Part shown: one piece after another, positions 1-10,401 of the stretch | Layout: every line of letters begins with the position of its first letter | Numbering within the stretch: position 1 is the stretch's first letter | Origin: an uncultured bacterium | GTDB lineage: Bacteria; Planctomycetota; UBA1135; GCA-002686595 | Length of the DNA: 64,000 nucleotides | NCBI GenBank assembly: GCA_943787795.1 | Contig: CALSNU010000002.1 | Coordinates: 256,001-320,000 of the forward strand | Reading direction: 5' to 3' | Translations under genes and position numbers: made by a program | Notes under the pieces: generated by a model | What the model was told of the DNA's origin: nothing | What the model saw: the letters and a program-made list of their open reading frames with translations, nothing else | Databases searched by the model: none

Positions 1-2
1 AC

Positions 3-443
3 GAGCTGCAGGGCATCAAGAAGGGCATCCTCGAGGTGGGCGACGTCCTCGCCGTCAACAAGGCGGACGGCGACCGGGTGGCCCTCGCGCGCGCCGCGGC
101 CCGAGACCACGAGGCGGCGCTCCGCTACCTGAGGCCGAGGGACGACCACTGGACGCCCTCAACCGTCGTCGTGAGCGCGGAGACCGGGTCGGGAATGGAG
201 GAGCTCTGGGAGACCATCCACCGCCACCGAGCGTCCCTCGAGGAAGCCAACGTGCTGGAGGTCCGCCGGGGTGAGCAAGCCGCTCGCTGGATGTGGTCCA
301 TCATCGAGGAGCGCCTGATGGCCGGCTTCTGCAACCACGGCGACGTTCAGACCATGCTCCGAGCGCTCGAGCACGACGTGAGGCAAGGCGCTGTCCCCCC
401 CGGCGCCGCGGCAGCCCGCCTCCTCGAGGCCTACCGGAGCTGA
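3..443 (+). CDS. meaB: Methylmalonyl-CoA mutase-associated GTPase MeaB, C-terminal part (5' truncated by window edge)
   Basis: Frame from pos 3 reads ELQGIKKGILEVGDVLAVNKADG...SAETGSGMEELW...RRGEQAARWMW, typical of MeaB/ArgK (NKxD G4 motif). Confidence 0.9.
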   Translation, partial: ELQGIKKGILEVGDVLAVNKADGDRVALARAAARDHEAALRYLRPRDDHWTPSTVVVSAETGSGMEELWETIHRHRASLEEANVLEVRRGEQAARWMWSIIEERLMAGFCNHGDVQTMLRALEHDVRQGAVPPGAAAARLLEAYRS

Positions 444-457
444 CCCCCTTCGTGGGT

Positions 458-1780
458 ATGGGAACACGGCACGGTGGGCAGCGGCGCTCGCCCACGGAGC
501 GCCCGTGCGATCCATGGCTTTGGCTTCAGAGGCTCCTGTCCATCAGCCTCGTGGCCCTCGCCTCCTGCGGTCAAGAGCCTGCGAAGCCCGACAGCCAAGA
601 CCTCGACGGGCGCGGCTGGGCCACGGACCAACCAGGTCTCTTCGGGTTCCGTCGGTCCACCCACGGCGCCGTTGAGATCGGAGAGCTCGGCTATGCGCCG
701 GGTTCGACCCCAGCCCCCGCGGCCACCGGCCGCCTACGTTGGCGTCGCGGTCAGACCGAGGACGGGCTCAACCTGATGTGCTCGGGCGACGCCGCGGAGG
801 CCGTGCTGCTCTCCATGGAGGGGCAGGTGGTTCACCGCTGGGCCAGGGCATACGCCGACCTCCCGGACGCGCCGCCCGCGGACGGTCCACATCAGTTGCC
901 GTGGCGACGCGTCCGGCTTCTTAGCAACGGCGACCTGCTCGCGATCCACTCCGGACGGGCGCTGGTCTGCGTCGACCGAGACTCCGCGCTCCGCTGGGCG
1001 GTGATGGACCGCGTCCACCACGACCTCGACGTCGCGCCCGACGGCTCCATCCTGGCCCTGACCCGAACGGAGCGACTGGTCCCTCGGGTCAATCCGGCCG
1101 AGCCCGTCATCGATGACCTCGTCGTCCGATACTCGGCCGACGGAGAGCGCCTGAGCGCCGTCAGCCTCTGGGACGCCTTCGCCGCCTCGCCCTACGCGGA
1201 GCTCCTCGACCAGCTCACGGTGAGGACTGGCGACGTGATGCACGCCAACTCCGTCGACCTCCTCGACCCGGCGGAGGCCGAACGGCTCGCGGTCCCTGGC
1301 GTGGAAGCGGGGCAGGTGCTGGTCTGTCTCAGGGATCTGGACCTCGTCGTGGCGGTCGATCTCGACGCCGCGCGGTTCACCTGGCTCACCGGGGGTCCCG
1401 CCGTCTCCCGCTGGCGAGCCCCGCACGAGCCCTCGGTTGCCAGCGATGGCTCCATCCTGATCTTCGATAATCGTGGCGGCCTGGCCGAGACCTCCCGCAT
1501 CCTTCGGGTCGACCCGGCGACCGGCGCGATCCGGTGGCGGTGGGCAGCCGCGCCGCCCTCGGCCTTCGCCTCCTTCTTCTGCGGCACCGTCCAGGAGCTC
1601 CCCGGGGGCAATCTGCTGGTGGCAGAGTCGACGCAGGGGAGGGCCATCGAGATCGATGGGGAGCGCGGAGACGTCGTCTGGGAGTACGTGAGCCCGCGGG
1701 TGATCGGGGACTCGGACGAGCTGATCGCGGCCCTCTTCATGGCAGAGCGGCTCCCTCGCCCCGCCTGGCTCCAGCGTTGA
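458..1780 (+). CDS. Arylsulfotransferase (ASST)-like beta-propeller lipoprotein
   Basis: Motifs HHDLDV, DVMHANSV, HEPS...ILIFDNRG, QELPGGNLLVAES; lipobox-like LASC; start uncertain (ATG 458 chosen). Confidence 0.75.
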   Translation: MGTRHGGQRRSPTERPCDPWLWLQRLLSISLVALASCGQEPAKPDSQDLDGRGWATDQPGLFGFRRSTHGAVEIGELGYAPGSTPAPAATGRLRWRRGQTEDGLNLMCSGDAAEAVLLSMEGQVVHRWARAYADLPDAPPADGPHQLPWRRVRLLSNGDLLAIHSGRALVCVDRDSALRWAVMDRVHHDLDVAPDGSILALTRTERLVPRVNPAEPVIDDLVVRYSADGERLSAVSLWDAFAASPYAELLDQLTVRTGDVMHANSVDLLDPAEAERLAVPGVEAGQVLVCLRDLDLVVAVDLDAARFTWLTGGPAVSRWRAPHEPSVASDGSILIFDNRGGLAETSRILRVDPATGAIRWRWAAAPPSAFASFFCGTVQELPGGNLLVAESTQGRAIEIDGERGDVVWEYVSPRVIGDSDELIAALFMAERLPRPAWLQR

Positions 1781-1847
1781 GCTTCCGCTCGGGCGCAGCC
1801 CCCCCTTCCGCCACGGTCGCGGTGGGGCCAAGCCCACCAGGCCGTCC

Positions 1848-3125
1848 CTAGCGGTCTGCGCCGGCCTCGCCAGCCGTGCGCCCCGCCGGCTCGAGGGTGA
1901 TCTCAACCTCTCCGGACGGCTTGGCCACGCGTAGCACGAGCACCTCCCCGGGATCGAGTGCCCGAAGGACCGCCGTCAGCTCCGCTCGCTGACGCACCTC
2001 CTGGCCCATGGCGCTCACGATCACGTCGCGAACCACGAGGCGCTCCTCGAGGCCAGCGGAGCGCACGGTTTGCATGGCCCGCAGGCCCGCCACGGCGGCG
2101 GGCCCACCGTCGTCGACCTCGGCCACCACCAGGCCAACCTTCGGCGCCTGCGGCTCGTCACGGATCTTGCCCAGGAGCGCCTCACTGTTCACGTCACTCG
2201 CCGTGACAAACCCGAACCTCGGCTCCCACCGAAACCCCGACCTCATGATGGCTGGCACGACCTCCTGCAGCCGATCGACGGGCAGCGCGAAGCCCACGCC
2301 CACCTGCCGACGGGAGTCCGCGTGGATCGCCGCGTTCATCCCGATCATGCGGCCCTGATCGTCCAGCAGCATGCCGCCGGATGACCCCGGGTGCATCGCA
2401 GCATCAGTCTGGATCACACCGTCAATGAACTGCCCAGACTCGGATCGAATCCTGCGCCGGAGCCCACTGACGAAGCCGACCGAGAGAGAGTGGGCGAGGC
2501 CGTAGGGGCAGGAGACCGAGAAGACCTGGGCGCCGACCGCGAGGTCACTGGAGGAGCCCATGCGCACCGGGACGAGCCGCTCCGGAGGCGCGTCGATACG
2601 AACCACCGCGACGTCCGTCTTGGGGTCCACGCCCACGAGCTTCGCCTCCCACTCCGACCCATCGGCCAGCGTGACCAGCGCGGAGGTCGCGCCGTTGATG
2701 ACGTGCAGGCAGGTCACGACGTGACCCGTGCGATCCCAGACCCACCCAGACCCCGTCCCTGAGACGAACTCGGTCGCGTCGAAGTCGTTGCCCTCCACGT
2801 CACGGGAGCGAGTGGTGACGTGCACCACGGACGGGGAGGCGTCGGCGAAGATCGACTGCGCGAGGGTCAGAGCCCCGCGCTCTCGAGCCGACACCGGCCG
2901 GGGGAGGTCCGCTGGACCCGCCCCCTCCAGCCGCTGCTCGAGCGCGCCGGCGGCTGACCCGGGGCCGACGAGCCCGAAGCGGTCCGGGTAGATCCGGATC
3001 AGGACCAGCAGGCCCATGAGCGCCACGCTAAGCGTGGAGAGGAAGACCAGGAGCGCATCCCGGCGTCCCCCCGGGACGGCCGCCGCCTCCCGCGGGAGGG
3101 GCCCGAGTTCCTGCTCCTTGTCCAT
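1848..3125 (-). CDS. HtrA/DegP-like S1C serine protease with N-terminal TM and PDZ domain
   Basis: GTGSGWV, TCLHV (His), TDVAV (Asp), IQTDAAMHPGSSGG (Ser); C-terminal PDZ-like region. Confidence 0.9.
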   Translation of the reverse strand: MDKEQELGPLPREAAAVPGGRRDALLVFLSTLSVALMGLLVLIRIYPDRFGLVGPGSAAGALEQRLEGAGPADLPRPVSARERGALTLAQSIFADASPSVVHVTTRSRDVEGNDFDATEFVSGTGSGWVWDRTGHVVTCLHVINGATSALVTLADGSEWEAKLVGVDPKTDVAVVRIDAPPERLVPVRMGSSSDLAVGAQVFSVSCPYGLAHSLSVGFVSGLRRRIRSESGQFIDGVIQTDAAMHPGSSGGMLLDDQGRMIGMNAAIHADSRRQVGVGFALPVDRLQEVVPAIMRSGFRWEPRFGFVTASDVNSEALLGKIRDEPQAPKVGLVVAEVDDGGPAAVAGLRAMQTVRSAGLEERLVVRDVIVSAMGQEVRQRAELTAVLRALDPGEVLVLRVAKPSGEVEITLEPAGRTAGEAGADR

Positions 3126-3268
3126 CTGGGAGGAGGGTACGCACCGAGCCCCGCGCCTGTGAGCGCCCTTGCGTTGATCTGTCGAAGTCGGGGCACCCGG
3201 GATCAGGCAGAGAGAGGCCCCACCGCGTATCGTCCTCGCCCCAGCGCTTCCCTGCGTCGCTGCCGCCC

Positions 3269-4714
3269 TTGACCAAGACCCGAGAAGAACTGGGGGTGCT
3301 CTGCCGCCTGTCCCTGCCGATCCTGCTCACCAACGTGTGCTGGATGGCCATCGGCCTCGTGGACCTCCTGATGCTGGGCCGCTGGTCCAGCGAAGCGGTC
3401 GCCGCCGCGCTGCTCGCAGGCGTCTGGGTGCACCTGACCCAGGTGGCGGGCATGGGTCTGGTGATGGGCATCGACCCTATCGTGACCCAGGGCCATGGCG
3501 CCCGGGATCGAGAGGCCCTCGGGCGCGCGCTCCAGCGCGGCGTCATCGTCGCCCTGCTGGCCTCGGTCCCTGTCATCGGCCTGCGGTTCCTGACCGCCGA
3601 GCTCATCGAGGCGACCTGCAGCTTCGCCGAGTGGATCGCTGGGTCCGGTGACGTCGTCACGGCCGCCGGAATCGACGTGGAGAGCGCAGCACGGCTCGGC
3701 GGTCCAGGGGAGCGCTACGCCCTCAGCCAGTCCTTCGCGACGCCGTTCTTCCTCGTCTACATCGCCTTCAGGCAGCACCTACAGGGACGCGGGATCCTCA
3801 AGCCGGCGCTCGCCGTCGCCCTGATCGCGAACGTGGTCAACGTCTTCGCCAACTGGCTGCTGATCTTCGAGCTGGGGTGGGGCATCACGGGAGCCGGGAT
3901 CGCGACCGGGGCCACCCGGACCTTCATGTGCCTGGCCATCCTCTGGATGGTCCGCCGCCATCGTCTCCTCCGCGGCGCATGGGTCAGCTGGGACCGAGCG
4001 TCGCGCTCATGGGCTGGCATCGCCCGCGTCCTGCGCTACGGCATCCCCGTCGCGCTCCACCTGACCCTGGAGATGGGGGCCTTCGGGGCGACCACCTACC
4101 TCGCCGGCATGCTCGGGATCCAGGCCACCGTGGCCCACGGCGTGGTCATCAACATGGCGAGCATGACGTTCATGGTCCCGCTCGGTATCGCCCTCGCCGC
4201 CACGACACGGATCGGCAACCTGATCGGAGAGCGGCGCTTCGCTGATGCCCAGACCAGCGCGCAGCTCGCCCTCGCCCTCGGCGGCGTCGCCATGGCCGCC
4301 CTGGGCCTGCTCCTCTACGCCGGCAGGCACTGGCTCCCCTCCCTGTACATCCCCGATGACCCGGGCGCCCTCGCCATCGCCGCGGTCATCCTCCCCATCG
4401 CCGCCGCCTTCCAGGTGGTGGATGGCCTGCAGGTCGTCGGCGCCGGCATCCTGCGGGGAATGGGACGGACCGTCCCTCCGGCGGTCTTCAACTTCCTCGC
4501 CTGGTGGGTCATCGCCCTGCCGCTGGGGGGCTGGTTCGTCCTCAGGCGCGGCGGCGGCCTGGTCGAGGTTTGGTGGTCCCTCGCTCTCGGGCTCGGCGTC
4601 GTCGCCATCCTCGTGGTGGGCTGGGTCTTCAAGCGCGGTCCTGCGTCGCTCACCCCGCCACTTCCCCCACCGAGCGGCCCGCGCTCGGCTGAGCCAGAGC
4701 GGGATCGTCGGTGA
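3269..4714 (+). CDS. MATE family efflux transporter
   Basis: About 12 hydrophobic segments; DLLMLGR, VTQGHGA, FQVVDGLQVVGAGILRGMG motifs. Confidence 0.9.
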   Translation: MTKTREELGVLCRLSLPILLTNVCWMAIGLVDLLMLGRWSSEAVAAALLAGVWVHLTQVAGMGLVMGIDPIVTQGHGARDREALGRALQRGVIVALLASVPVIGLRFLTAELIEATCSFAEWIAGSGDVVTAAGIDVESAARLGGPGERYALSQSFATPFFLVYIAFRQHLQGRGILKPALAVALIANVVNVFANWLLIFELGWGITGAGIATGATRTFMCLAILWMVRRHRLLRGAWVSWDRASRSWAGIARVLRYGIPVALHLTLEMGAFGATTYLAGMLGIQATVAHGVVINMASMTFMVPLGIALAATTRIGNLIGERRFADAQTSAQLALALGGVAMAALGLLLYAGRHWLPSLYIPDDPGALAIAAVILPIAAAFQVVDGLQVVGAGILRGMGRTVPPAVFNFLAWWVIALPLGGWFVLRRGGGLVEVWWSLALGLGVVAILVVGWVFKRGPASLTPPLPPPSGPRSAEPERDRR

Positions 4715-4771
4715 GAGGAAGGTGAGAGGAACCGACCGGGGCCAGCGGACGTCCGGCTACGGTGGGCACCA

Positions 4772-5452
4772 ATGCGAATCCTCGTCGTTGAAGACTACGG
4801 TCCACTCCGCGGCCCCGTCGTGACGGCGCTCCGGGATGAAGGCTGGACCGTCGACGTCGCCGGGGACGGCGATACGGCCCTCCAGGCCATCGCGGGGCAA
4901 GAGCGGGACCTGGTGATCCTCGACCTGATGATCCCTGGCGTCGATGGCCTCAACGTCCTCAAGCGCACCCGCGCCACGGGCGACATGGTCCACATCTTGG
5001 TCATGACCGCACGCGACAGCGTCGAGGACCGGGTGCGGGCGCTCGACGCAGGCGCGGACGACTACCTGGTCAAGCCGTTCGCCATCGAGGAGCTCATCGC
5101 CCGGACCCGCGCGTTGCTACGTCGGAAGTTCCAGGTCAAGTCACCCACGATCCGAGTGGGTCCCCTGGTCGTCAGCACCGCGGATCGCGTGGTCAAGATG
5201 GACGACCGGGTCGTCGACCTGACGGCCCGGGAGTACGCCCTCCTCGAGTACTTCGCCCACAGGGCCAACGAGATCGTCACGCGATCCGAGGCTCACCTGA
5301 GCCTCTACGGAGAGCAGACACAGGCCAGCAGTAACGTCGTGGATGTGTACGTCGGGTACCTGCGCAAGAAGCTGGAAGCCGCCGGCGAGCCGCGCGTGCT
5401 CCACACGCGCCGCGGTCAGGGCTACATCCTCACGGCGCCGGATCAGCCCTGA
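4772..5452 (+). CDS. OmpR-family response regulator
   Basis: MRILVVED, DLVILDLMIP, GADDYLVKPF, NVVDVYVGYLRKKL, TRRGQGY. Confidence 0.95.
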   Translation: MRILVVEDYGPLRGPVVTALRDEGWTVDVAGDGDTALQAIAGQERDLVILDLMIPGVDGLNVLKRTRATGDMVHILVMTARDSVEDRVRALDAGADDYLVKPFAIEELIARTRALLRRKFQVKSPTIRVGPLVVSTADRVVKMDDRVVDLTAREYALLEYFAHRANEIVTRSEAHLSLYGEQTQASSNVVDVYVGYLRKKLEAAGEPRVLHTRRGQGYILTAPDQP

Positions 5453-6954
5453 TGGCCGCCAGCAGCATCCAGAGGCGCGTGGTGGTCAGCGCCACCGTCG
5501 CCATGACCGCGACGATCCTGGGATCCGGGGGGTTGATCTTCGAGGCCTACCGCAGCGGCGCGCGCTCGGACGGCGAGAACAGCCTCACCAGCATCATCGA
5601 GCTCGGCGCCGAACGGGCAGTGGCAGAGTCGATCTTCGCGACCCGCGCGGGGAACGCGTCGGTCCCACCCGAGCGGGCCGGCCCGCTGAGCCAGTACGCC
5701 TGGATCTGCTGGAGGGCCGGGGAGGCCGAGGAGCTGTGCCGCTCCACGGGCTTTCCGCCGGTGAAGGTCCCGCTGGTCGAGTCCCGGGAAGCAGGTGAGG
5801 AGGGCGCCGCGACCGGCCTGCAATTCGCCGAGATCGTGGGAGAAGACGGCCGGCATTACCGCATCGCGACGGCGTCGTTCGTGCCGCGCCTCAGGGGCCT
5901 CGCGTCGCTTCGCCGTGGGGAAGGCCGAGCCAGCCGACGCGACCGAGACCGTCGGGCGCCACGCCCCTCCGAGCCGCCCTTCCTGCCCGGGGACCAGTTC
6001 CTCGTTCTCGCGATGGCCCCAATGCAGGAGGAGTTCGAGCGGTCGGCCGAGCTCGCCAGGCTCATGCTGATTGGCGGCGCCGGGGCTCTGCTCGCGGCCA
6101 CCCTCCTCATCCGCTCCAGCGTGCGCCGAGGCATGGCACCCCTCGGAACGCTGACCCGGACCATCGAGGGAATCGGCGAGGGCAACCTCGACGAGTCGGT
6201 GCACCTCGCCGGAGCTCCGATCGAGCTCACCCCCATCGTGGACGCCCTGGAGCGATCGCGCGTCCAGCTCGCGCAGTCCTTCGCCCGGGAGCAACGCTTC
6301 ACGGACGACATCGCCCACGAGCTCCGTACGCCGCTCGCTGGCCTCCGAGCCGCCCTCGAGGTTGCCCTGCGCCGCAAGCGGAGCCCCGAGGAGCTGGAGG
6401 AGGTCCTGACCAACAACCTCTCTGCGGCCCTCGATCTCCAGCAGATCGTGGACAGCCTCCTGCTACTGCGACGCTCGGGGGCCGCCTCGGAGGACGCGCA
6501 GGGGGTGAATCTCCGGGAGGAGATGGAGCGCGCCTTTGAGGAGCTTGGGGAGGCCCTCGAGGCGAGGTCCCTCACCGTGGCGTTCCACGCTGAGGCAGGC
6601 GCCCCTCACCTTGGTCTCGGCGCGCCGGCCGTTGTGCGGCGGATCACCACGAACCTCGCGCGCAACGCGGTGGACCACGCCGATGTGGAGTCCACGATCT
6701 CCGTGACGACCCGCGCTGACTCCGAGTTCGCGACCCTGATCGTTGAGAATCCATCGGAGGGCATCCGCCAAGAGGCTGCCGACCGCGCCTTCGAACCGTT
6801 CTGGCAGGCGGACCAGGCCCGCAGCGCAGGCGACCAGCACGTCGGACTCGGGCTCGCGATCGTCGAGGGCTGCGCCTCTGCCCTCGGGGGCCGCGCGGCC
6901 GCGGCCACGGCCGACGGCACCTTCCGCATCACGATCGACTTGCCCCTCGCCTGA
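5452..6954 (+). CDS. Sensor histidine kinase (2 TM, HAMP, HisKA, HATPase)
   Basis: DIAHELRTPL H-box, NLARNA N-box, GLGLAIV; TGATG overlap with the response regulator. Confidence 0.93.
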   Translation: MAASSIQRRVVVSATVAMTATILGSGGLIFEAYRSGARSDGENSLTSIIELGAERAVAESIFATRAGNASVPPERAGPLSQYAWICWRAGEAEELCRSTGFPPVKVPLVESREAGEEGAATGLQFAEIVGEDGRHYRIATASFVPRLRGLASLRRGEGRASRRDRDRRAPRPSEPPFLPGDQFLVLAMAPMQEEFERSAELARLMLIGGAGALLAATLLIRSSVRRGMAPLGTLTRTIEGIGEGNLDESVHLAGAPIELTPIVDALERSRVQLAQSFAREQRFTDDIAHELRTPLAGLRAALEVALRRKRSPEELEEVLTNNLSAALDLQQIVDSLLLLRRSGAASEDAQGVNLREEMERAFEELGEALEARSLTVAFHAEAGAPHLGLGAPAVVRRITTNLARNAVDHADVESTISVTTRADSEFATLIVENPSEGIRQEAADRAFEPFWQADQARSAGDQHVGLGLAIVEGCASALGGRAAAATADGTFRITIDLPLA

Positions 6955-7037
6955 CAGGCGAGCGCCAGCCTCCAGGGCTCGCCTGCGTGCCCGGCCGGCC
7001 TGCGAGCCCAAGGGGCACGCGCTGGTGGCGCTGCCTT

Positions 7038-7081
7038 CTGGATCCACAGCTGGGTCCACAGCTGGGTCCACAGCTGGGTCC
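7038..7081. repeat. 12-bp tandem repeat (CTGGGTCCACAG) x~3.7, intergenic
   Basis: ctggatccacag ctgggtccacag ctgggtccacag ctgggtcc. Confidence 0.85.
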
Positions 7082-7192
7082 GCTGCCAGGTCCTCCGCGG
7101 GCTCCTCTCGCGGGCTCTTTGCTGGGCCCTTGCTGGGCTCTCGCGCCATGGCGCCAGTCGAGCACCGAGTCGCCTCCCCCCGGAGTATGAGA

Positions 7193-7232
7193 GAAGCGGG
7201 GCGTCGACCTCGAGAGATCGACGCCCCGCTTC
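7193..7232. terminator. Inverted repeat, probable terminator between convergent genes
   Basis: GAAGCGGGGCGTCGA-N10-TCGACGCCCCGCTTC, perfect 15-bp stem just downstream of the peroxidase stop. Confidence 0.75.
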
Positions 7233-7258
7233 CCGGAGTCGCCCTCACGCTTGGCAGG

Positions 7259-8905
7259 TCACTCGATCGTGACCAGGACCGCCGTGGAGCGCGCGATGTT
7301 GTTGTTGGCGGAGAAGTCCCGCACGAGCCACTGGGCCTCGTAGGTCAGCCCGACGAGCACCGGCGCCGTGGCGTCGGCGTCAATCCAGGTCGCGGTGCCG
7401 TTCCCCGGGCCCGACCCCAGGACGGTCTGCGCGAGCGGGAGGCCATTCCGTAGGTCGGTGACCGTCGCGGTCCCCGGGATCGAGATCAGGTTCACCTTGA
7501 GCACGGCGAACGTGTTGCCGACGGCTCCATGAAGGCCGATCCGGAACCCTCCGTTGCCGCTCTTCGGCGGCGCCGTGGCGACGATCTGGGGGACGAAGCC
7601 GCCGGCGCCGGCCACCGCCCCGAAGGGCAGGGACGCGGGGTTGGCGAACGGACGCTCACTCCAGAGCGTCGGCCGATCGAAGGGTGCCGTCTCGTTCGCC
7701 ACGCGCGGGTCAGTGAGCGTGCGCAGGAAGGCGACGAGGTCCGGGCGGACGTTCCCAGGCACGTTCAGGTTGTTCAGCAGCGGGTCCTTGTTCTGACCGA
7801 ACTGACCGCCGTCGTTGTTGTAGAACACCATGACGTCGTTGAGGTTGTCGATCCCCGGCGCACCCGTATGGAAGAAGCGCCCACGCAGGTCGACGTTGCG
7901 CAGGGAGGGCGTCTTGAAGCGGCCGCGGTCGCTGAACTGCCCGGTGACGCCCCGGCGCCCATTGTCCTCGCCGATGGGCCGCAGGCCGAGGTTGTGGTAC
8001 TGGCGATCCGAGAACAGAGAGCCGCTGTGGCACTGGTTGCAGCGCGAACCCTGACTCCGGAAGGCGCCGAAGCCATTGTTCTCCTGGGGCGTGAAGTTGG
8101 CCTGGTTGCGCATCACCCGGTCGAACTTTGACTGGTCGGGGATCAGCGTGCGCTGGTAGGCGGCGAGCGCGAAGGCGATCCGCACAGGCGTGATCTCCGT
8201 CGTACCGAACGCCGCGTCGAAGAGCGCCGGATAGCTCCCGTTGAGGGACAGGGCTGAGACCATGTCCGGCGTGAGGTCGGTCGCCATGGCCATGGGCTGG
8301 GCGTCCGCGAGGCGGTCGGTGACGTCGCCCCATGAGCGTCCGGACCAGGCCATCTCCACGTCCGACATGATCGGGTCCAGGGACTGGGCCTCAAGGGCGC
8401 CCCCCTGGGGGATCACGACCGCTCCGGAGAGCGGGTCGACGAACGTGCCTGAGGCGCGACCGTCCCAGAAGAGCTCGGTGAAGTAGGCCGCCGCGATCAT
8501 GCTCGGGGCGTAGCGATCGGTGGCCTTGGCGCCGAAGCCAAACTCGCCATCCTCCACGAAGTGACCGAACGAGTTCGAGCCGTGCATCGCGGGGGAGCCG
8601 AAGATGTCGTCGGGGGTCAGGAAGACCCCGTCCGGCCCCGGGTTCGCCGCGGGGCCCTCGGCCCGGGGATCCGAACCGCCCTGGCCCGGCATGTGGCAGG
8701 TGCCGCAGGCCATGGTTCCGTCGCTCGACAGCTGCTCGTCCCAGAAGAGCATCTTGCCCAGCACCGCCTTCTCGGCGGTCTGCGGGTTCTGCGGCGGGAT
8801 CGGCGGCGGCGGAAGGGGGCCCTGCGCCACGGCGGGGAGCGCGAGCGCGGTGGTCGTCAGCGCCGTGGCGGCGAGCGCCGGGAGGGGGAAGAGCGAGCGT
8901 TTCAT
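7259..8905 (-). CDS. Di-heme cytochrome c peroxidase/MauG family protein with C-terminal extension
   Basis: Signal peptide; LGKMLFWDEQLS, CGTCH and CNQCH heme motifs, FWDGRA, FKTPSLRNV. Confidence 0.92.
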   Translation of the reverse strand: MKRSLFPLPALAATALTTTALALPAVAQGPLPPPPIPPQNPQTAEKAVLGKMLFWDEQLSSDGTMACGTCHMPGQGGSDPRAEGPAANPGPDGVFLTPDDIFGSPAMHGSNSFGHFVEDGEFGFGAKATDRYAPSMIAAAYFTELFWDGRASGTFVDPLSGAVVIPQGGALEAQSLDPIMSDVEMAWSGRSWGDVTDRLADAQPMAMATDLTPDMVSALSLNGSYPALFDAAFGTTEITPVRIAFALAAYQRTLIPDQSKFDRVMRNQANFTPQENNGFGAFRSQGSRCNQCHSGSLFSDRQYHNLGLRPIGEDNGRRGVTGQFSDRGRFKTPSLRNVDLRGRFFHTGAPGIDNLNDVMVFYNNDGGQFGQNKDPLLNNLNVPGNVRPDLVAFLRTLTDPRVANETAPFDRPTLWSERPFANPASLPFGAVAGAGGFVPQIVATAPPKSGNGGFRIGLHGAVGNTFAVLKVNLISIPGTATVTDLRNGLPLAQTVLGSGPGNGTATWIDADATAPVLVGLTYEAQWLVRDFSANNNIARSTAVLVTIE

Positions 8906-9048
8906 GGTCGGCCTTGATTCGGGAAGGGACTCGGACAAGCCGGGGATGGACTCAGTCCACCACTAGAGTCGCCCACCCAGGCCGGATCATCAAACGGCGG
9001 CTCACGTCACTCTCATGAGCCCCGGACCTCGCCAAGGGTCACAGCGCC

Positions 9049-10401
9049 TCACTTCGGACCACCGTAGCCCAGGACGCGGAGCTCGACGGACTGAGCGGCG
9101 GACGCTGGAGATGGAGCGAGGCGCTCCCCCCTGTACCGCCCGGCGTCCAGGAATGAGTCCAGGCGCGACCTCAGCGCCAGAGCATGGGCCGGCTCACGGG
9201 ACGCGAGGTCGTCCTGCTCGTCCGGGTCCGCCTCGAGGTCGTAGAGCTCCACCCCCCCGGCGCCGACGATCAATTTGAAGCGACCCTCGCGCAGGGCGGT
9301 CCGCTCACGCTGGAATCGTTCGCCATAGAGCAGGAGCTCCCGGGGCCGGGCGAAGTGGACCTCGGCCGCCACGGGGTGATCCCCGGGGAGCCGGGGGAAG
9401 TCCCGCCGCAAGAGGATCCCGGTGGTCCCCGGGATCGACCCGGCGATGAGCCCGGGCACGTCGACCAGCGACGCGATCTCCGCCCGCGTCGCCCCCTGCA
9501 CCTGCCAGGGGCGCTTCACGATGAGCGGGACCGAGATGAGGGACTCGTACACGTCCTTGCCGTGCTCCACGATGCCGTGATCCCCAAACGCCTCCCCGTG
9601 GTCCGACGTCACGAGGACCAGCGCACCGTTGAGGAGGCCGCGCTGCCGGAGCCCATCGAGCAGGCGCCCCACCTCTCGATCGAGCGCCTCGAGGCCCTCG
9701 TCATAGAGGTCCGAGACCCGCTCCCCGAGCGGCCCCGGCGCCTCGCCACCGAGCATGACCCGCTCGCAAAGGCGCTCCAGCAACATCGCGGGGTGTTCCT
9801 CCTCGGGCAAGCGCGCCAGCTCCGAAGCAGGGGCCATGCCGTAGGGACGATGGGCGTCCATGTAGTTGACGAAGAGGAAGCACGGCGCCCCGGGGTCTCG
9901 ATCGTCGAGGTACCGGAGCGCCCGGTCCGTCATACGCGCCGCGTTCTGTCGGCGGACCTCGTAGGTCTCGAACCCCTGGGCGAGCCCGAACCGGTTCGCG
10001 AGGTAGACCGTATTGGCCACGAAGGCAGCGGTCTCATAGCCCGCCGCCCTCAGGCCCTCGGCGAGCGTGAGGTGCTCGGGGTGCAGCGGGTGCGCGTTGT
10101 CCACGTACTCCGCCACGCGGAAGCCGTGGGTGCCGTGCTCGAAGGGGAAGAGCCCGGTGAACATCGACGCATGGGAGGGCAGCGTCCAGGGCGCCGTGGC
10201 TACGCAGGACAGGTACCGGTCCGCGCCCGCCGCGAGGGCGTCGAGGTTGGGCGTCCGCGAGCGATCTCCCCCGTAGCACCCGAGCCGGTCCGCTCGGACC
10301 GTGTCCAGGGAGAGGACGATGACGTGGGGCGGCGCGGCCGCTCCCCCATCGCCGCAGGCTGCGAGCAGCATGAGGGCAAGGCTGCCCCGGAGCGCGCTCA
10401 A
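9049..10401 (-). CDS. Sulfatase-like hydrolase/transferase, lipoprotein
   Basis: LAAC lipobox; SLDTVRADRL, WTLPSHASMFTG, NYMDAHRPY, TSDHGE. Confidence 0.88.
   Translation of the reverse strand: MSALRGSLALMLLAACGDGGAAAPPHVIVLSLDTVRADRLGCYGGDRSRTPNLDALAAGADRYLSCVATAPWTLPSHASMFTGLFPFEHGTHGFRVAEYVDNAHPLHPEHLTLAEGLRAAGYETAAFVANTVYLANRFGLAQGFETYEVRRQNAARMTDRALRYLDDRDPGAPCFLFVNYMDAHRPYGMAPASELARLPEEEHPAMLLERLCERVMLGGEAPGPLGERVSDLYDEGLEALDREVGRLLDGLRQRGLLNGALVLVTSDHGEAFGDHGIVEHGKDVYESLISVPLIVKRPWQVQGATRAEIASLVDVPGLIAGSIPGTTGILLRRDFPRLPGDHPVAAEVHFARPRELLLYGERFQRERTALREGRFKLIVGAGGVELYDLEADPDEQDDLASREPAHALALRSRLDSFLDAGRYRGERLAPSPASAAQSVELRVLGYGGPK

Noticed and set aside
7021..7028. E. coli Chi sequence GCTGGTGG
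   Set aside because: An isolated 8-mer is expected by chance in GC-rich DNA, and Chi sequences are lineage-specific
6463..7248. Minus-strand ORF containing DPAV repeats
   Set aside because: Mostly antisense to the histidine kinase; the peptide repeat simply reflects the intergenic 12-bp array
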